Below, piece after piece: positions 63,269 to 64,000 of a stretch of DNA of 64,000 bases. The notes below the pieces were generated by a model, which worked only from the letters and a program-made list of their open reading frames with translations, had not been told where the DNA came from and did no database searches. The stretch's first letter is position 1. Every line of letters starts with the position of its first letter. A program made the position numbers and the translations under genes. Location: assembly GCA_964635325.1 (NCBI GenBank), contig CAZWOL010000001.1, forward strand, positions 11,935 through 75,934, given 5' to 3'. The stretch comes from an uncultured Pseudobdellovibrionaceae bacterium. Its GTDB lineage: Bacteria > Bdellovibrionota_B > Oligoflexia > Oligoflexales > Bog-1112.

Positions 63269-64000
63269 TGTGGATAGGCTTAAAAATTTCAGCGATTCTT
63301 TTACAAATTTTTTTCATATATTCTTGCGTTGATAGTCAAAACAAGACAGAACCCTCAACGGAAGTGGCATCTGATACAGGCAGTCCTGGACAAGGTCAAG
63401 AAACACAAGATCCATCATTTGATATCCAATTGTCGTCGTACTTCCATTTACGCAACTTGGTCGTTGCTGACACAGCTCGTGACCTCGCTCCCTTCGAGTT
63501 GGCTCCGGTCAAACATCCAAATGATCTCGAAAACGTCTGCAATCTATCTGGCGGTCAGTGGCATAAAAATCTCTATACGTGTACCTGTGACCACAACAAA
63601 CTTTTTTCTCCACGCATGGGATGCCTAGGGATCAAGGTTTCATCTAAGGGAGCTGCTTGCTTAAAGAAGGGGATGACAAAGATCCTGGAGATGAGTCTCA
63701 ATGATTTCATCGATTGTCTCAGCAATATGTTTTCGAAAGATTCTTTTTTAAGCTTCTCTGCTTGGGATAAGGCTTCCTTTGAGCTACAGATCAAACTTGC
63801 AAAGAGACTCGACAACGAAGGATTTTCGTTTTTGAAAGGAGAGAGTTTTGACGATGTGTATATTGATGGACAGCAAAAAATGTGGCTTGAAACAAAGATA
63901 ACTGCTGACGGAGCCCCACTCCGTCAATATCATAAGAGTAATAGTATCCTTTATGCCTACCCTCAAGACCCATTGCAGCCAAGCAATAAGTACATCAGCC
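63265..64000 (+). CDS. Hypothetical Cys-rich lipoprotein (3' end outside window)
   Basis: Translated by hand; it is absent from the ORF track because no stop occurs within the window. MMWIGLKISAILLQIFFIYSC carries a lipobox, followed by a Ser/Thr/Gly/Gln-rich linker and then 7 Cys residues. The frame stays open for 245 codons to the window end. Confidence 0.5.
   Translation, partial: MMWIGLKISAILLQIFFIYSCVDSQNKTEPSTEVASDTGSPGQGQETQDPSFDIQLSSYFHLRNLVVADTARDLAPFELAPVKHPNDLENVCNLSGGQWHKNLYTCTCDHNKLFSPRMGCLGIKVSSKGAACLKKGMTKILEMSLNDFIDCLSNMFSKDSFLSFSAWDKASFELQIKLAKRLDNEGFSFLKGESFDDVYIDGQQKMWLETKITADGAPLRQYHKSNSILYAYPQDPLQPSNKYIS

Noticed and set aside
63329-63628. 99-aa ORF from the provided track
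   Set aside because: It is out of frame with, and fully contained in, the longer open-ended ORF starting at 63265. That longer ORF has a lipobox signal peptide and start-stop overlap with the upstream gene.

Overview
Origin-proximal core chromosome of an AT-rich (roughly 40% G+C by eye, not computed), flagellated, diderm bacterium. Gene content (Lpt, LolA, KdsD, sigma-54, CdaA, tandem flagellins) is compatible with a Bdellovibrionota/Oligoflexia-like lineage, but the taxon cannot be proven from this window. Order of features: an abbreviated dcw cluster (murD'-ftsW-murC-ftsQ-ftsA-ftsZ, + strand); a long minus-strand block holding the whole F1Fo ATP synthase with an orphan parB inserted between atpE and atpF' and a GT plus an SDR gene appended after atpC; dnaA; an unusually regular oriC (nine perfect DnaA boxes in two mirror-image 11-bp-phased arrays, then an A/T block); dnaN-gyrB-gyrA (no recF); a serine hydrolase and an OMP; pyrG; kdsD-lptC-lptA-lptB-rpoN-rapZ; the glycine cleavage genes (gcvP convergent with gcvT-gcvH); LPS-type glycosyltransferases; a stand-alone FtsK N-terminal membrane domain; tRNA-Ser x2; mdh; a degenerate beta-CASP protein; tRNA-Arg; a tilS-ftsH-cdaA-cdaR-glmM-tsaE block; two flagellins; cinA-C, lolA, a PocR-sigma54 activator, sucCD and murB; then a small uncharacterised tail (RHH regulator, membrane protein, Cys-rich lipoprotein running off the window). 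I found no mobile elements, CRISPR arrays, rRNA genes or recognisable defence or toxin systems, so this is mostly ordinary housekeeping DNA. The most notable points are the oriC architecture, a perfect parS inside atpC, the parA-less parB splitting the atp cluster, the motor-less FtsK domain, and a catalytically degenerate beta-CASP gene carrying G8/G7 tracts. All calls rest on motif recognition and synteny by eye; no database searches were run.
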